From contig CM119263.1 of NCBI GenBank assembly GCA_051294375.1, forward strand, positions 25,028,688 to 25,092,495: 63,808 bases of DNA, read 5' to 3'. This document shows, in pieces, positions 62,096-63,808 of this stretch. Position numbers and translations under genes: made by a program. The notes beneath the pieces were generated by a model. The model had not been told where the DNA came from. It was given only the letters and a program-made list of their open reading frames with translations, and did no database searches. Source of the DNA: Paraspadella gotoi (lineage: Eukaryota; Animalia; Chaetognatha). How positions within the stretch are numbered: the stretch's first letter is position 1; each line of letters starts with the position of its first letter.

Positions 62096-62865
62096 AATTT
62101 AATGCATCGCTATATTATCAACAGTAACGTGAAAATTGGTGACCATATTTGAATTCTTTGATTATATTATTTTATTCGATGGCTCGTAATTTATGAGACT
62201 TTTTATTAAAAAAAATTTTCCGGTGTAATTATCTATATTAAATTCTGTTGCGTAATATCTTTCATGAACGATTCAAACCTCATTAACAGAAGAAGAAGTA
62301 ATACAATTTTACGAATATGCGGTCGGAACTTAATGAAAATGGGATTATTGCGAATGAACGAAGCGGCATTTTGGTCAGAGATATTGGATGGTCCTGCGAC
62401 ATAATCACTATATCATATAGATTTTTCCGATGGAATTCCTGAAATTAAATCAGCGATCTGTAAGTGGAGAGGAAATTTATAGAGAGTTCATAAAACACGC
62501 GATCTTGTTGATTATCTCTTAATTAAGATATATGATAAAAGTATTGAGAGACATTTTAAAATATTATAAAAGTCACGAAAAAACCAAAAAAATGTCCAAT
62601 ATGATAAGTTGAAATTGATCGTGATAATGTACATATTATAATAGTGATTTTCAATGTACCGTATTTCTCATGAGAGCAATCAGAGACGAAGAAAGAGGAA
62701 GAGAGAATGAGGAGAAAATAAGAAAGAGGAGAAAGAGGAGAGAGGAGGAGAGAAAGAGTGGGATGACCGGAGGCTTTAGTCTTGGGTTTGATTACCGAGG
62801 AGGCGGCTGGGAAATTCAACTCGAAGGGTGTTCACTTTCCCTCTCTCTAATTTTTCCCTCCCAGG

Positions 62866-63808
62866 ATCTCCCTCTCATCACGGAGCCGAAGCACTGGCCC
62901 AAGTTCATCTCCCTTTGCATCTACACGTTCGAGGGCATCATCCCCTTGCTGCACCTGCGGGCGAGGATGCGGCAACCGAAGGACATGCTGGGCTGGAACG
63001 GCGTCTTGCTCACTGTGCTCAACCTGATCATGATCCTCTACGTCACCATGGGATTCTTCGGGTAAACTACACTTCCTTAATAAGTTAAACGTTTAAATGT
63101 CGTTGTACCCATTACCGTCACTTNNNNNNNNNNNNNNNNNNNNNNNNNNNNNNNNNNNNNNNNNNNNNNNNNNNNNNNNNNNNNNNNNNNNNNNNNNNNN
63201 NNNNNNNNNNNNNNNNNNNNNNNNNNNNNNNNNNNNNNNNNNNNNNNNNNNNNNNNNNNNNNNNNNNNNNNNNNNNNNNNNNNNNNNNNNNNNNNNNNNN
63301 NNNNNNNNNNNNNNNNNNNNNNNNNNNNNNNNNNNNNNNNNNNNNNNNNNNNNNNNNNNNNNNNNNNNNNNNNNNNNNNNNNNNNNNNNNNNNNNNNNNN
63401 NNNNNNNNGACTATCCAGAGATTCTTGTTTTTCAATTCTCAATAAAAATAATTCCTCACCTCCAACCCCCAACCCCGAACTCACCCTCTTCCCACACTTT
63501 CCTCCATCCCAGCTACCGCAACCAACTCTCCAACCACCTCCCCTCCTTCCTCCGACGCTTCCCCCTCCTCCCCGAGATGATCTTCCGCTTTCTCCTCGTC
63601 GTCGTCTACTTCGTCCCTCCTCTCGTTTATCCGTCCATCGACAACCTCATGTCGCTCATCGGGACCATCACGGGCGTGCCCCTCGGGCTCGTGCTGCCCA
63701 GTGTCGTCCAGTTGCTCGTCCGCCATCCCTCGGGCGACTACGGACCCAAGAGGATCCTCTTCTTCGTCTTCCTCTTCTTCATCCTCGTCTCATCCGCCGT
63801 CTGCGTCT
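62866..63808 (+). CDS. SLC36-like transporter 3' fragment (clean near-duplicate of the paralog 4 3' exons), interrupted by an N gap and the window end
   Basis: DLPLITEPKHWPKFISLCIYTFEGIIPLLHLRARMRQPKDMLGWNGVL. Exon and intron sequence match 60220-60480 and 60890-61340 almost base for base, without the indels. Confidence 0.75.

Overview
Eukaryotic (metazoan-invertebrate-like) AT-rich genomic window with GT-AG spliceosomal introns, microsatellites and two N gaps. It is not prokaryotic and contains no CRISPR array or rRNA. Gene models were built by hand from splice phases. From left to right: a Cys-rich unknown gene (-); a 14-exon divergent actin-like gene with a long Pro-rich N-terminal extension (+); a 2-exon receptor gene (+); an Asteroid/FAM120-like PIN-fold gene (+); a BtpA/SgcQ-family gene (-); two unknown genes; a class A orphan GPCR (-); an intronless orphan ORF; and a tandem array of SLC36/Aa_trans amino-acid transporter paralogs, the last partly duplicated in low-quality sequence. 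The top candidate for a new system is the receptor. It joins a signal peptide, a Toll-like LRR ectodomain, a TM helix, a shrunken pseudokinase, a KEN (IRE1/RNase L-type, R-N-x3-H) RNase domain and a possible ubiquitin-like tail, i.e. a putative pattern-recognition receptor wired directly to an RNase. Non-coding highlights: palindromic elements carrying minimal hammerhead-ribozyme motifs (Penelope-like), a dispersed multi-hairpin repeat with apparently compensatory substitutions, tRNA-derived SINEs sharing a core, hAT- and Tc1/mariner-type MITEs with target-site duplications, and a DINE-1/Helentron-like element. All family assignments come from motif recognition by eye; no database search was run.
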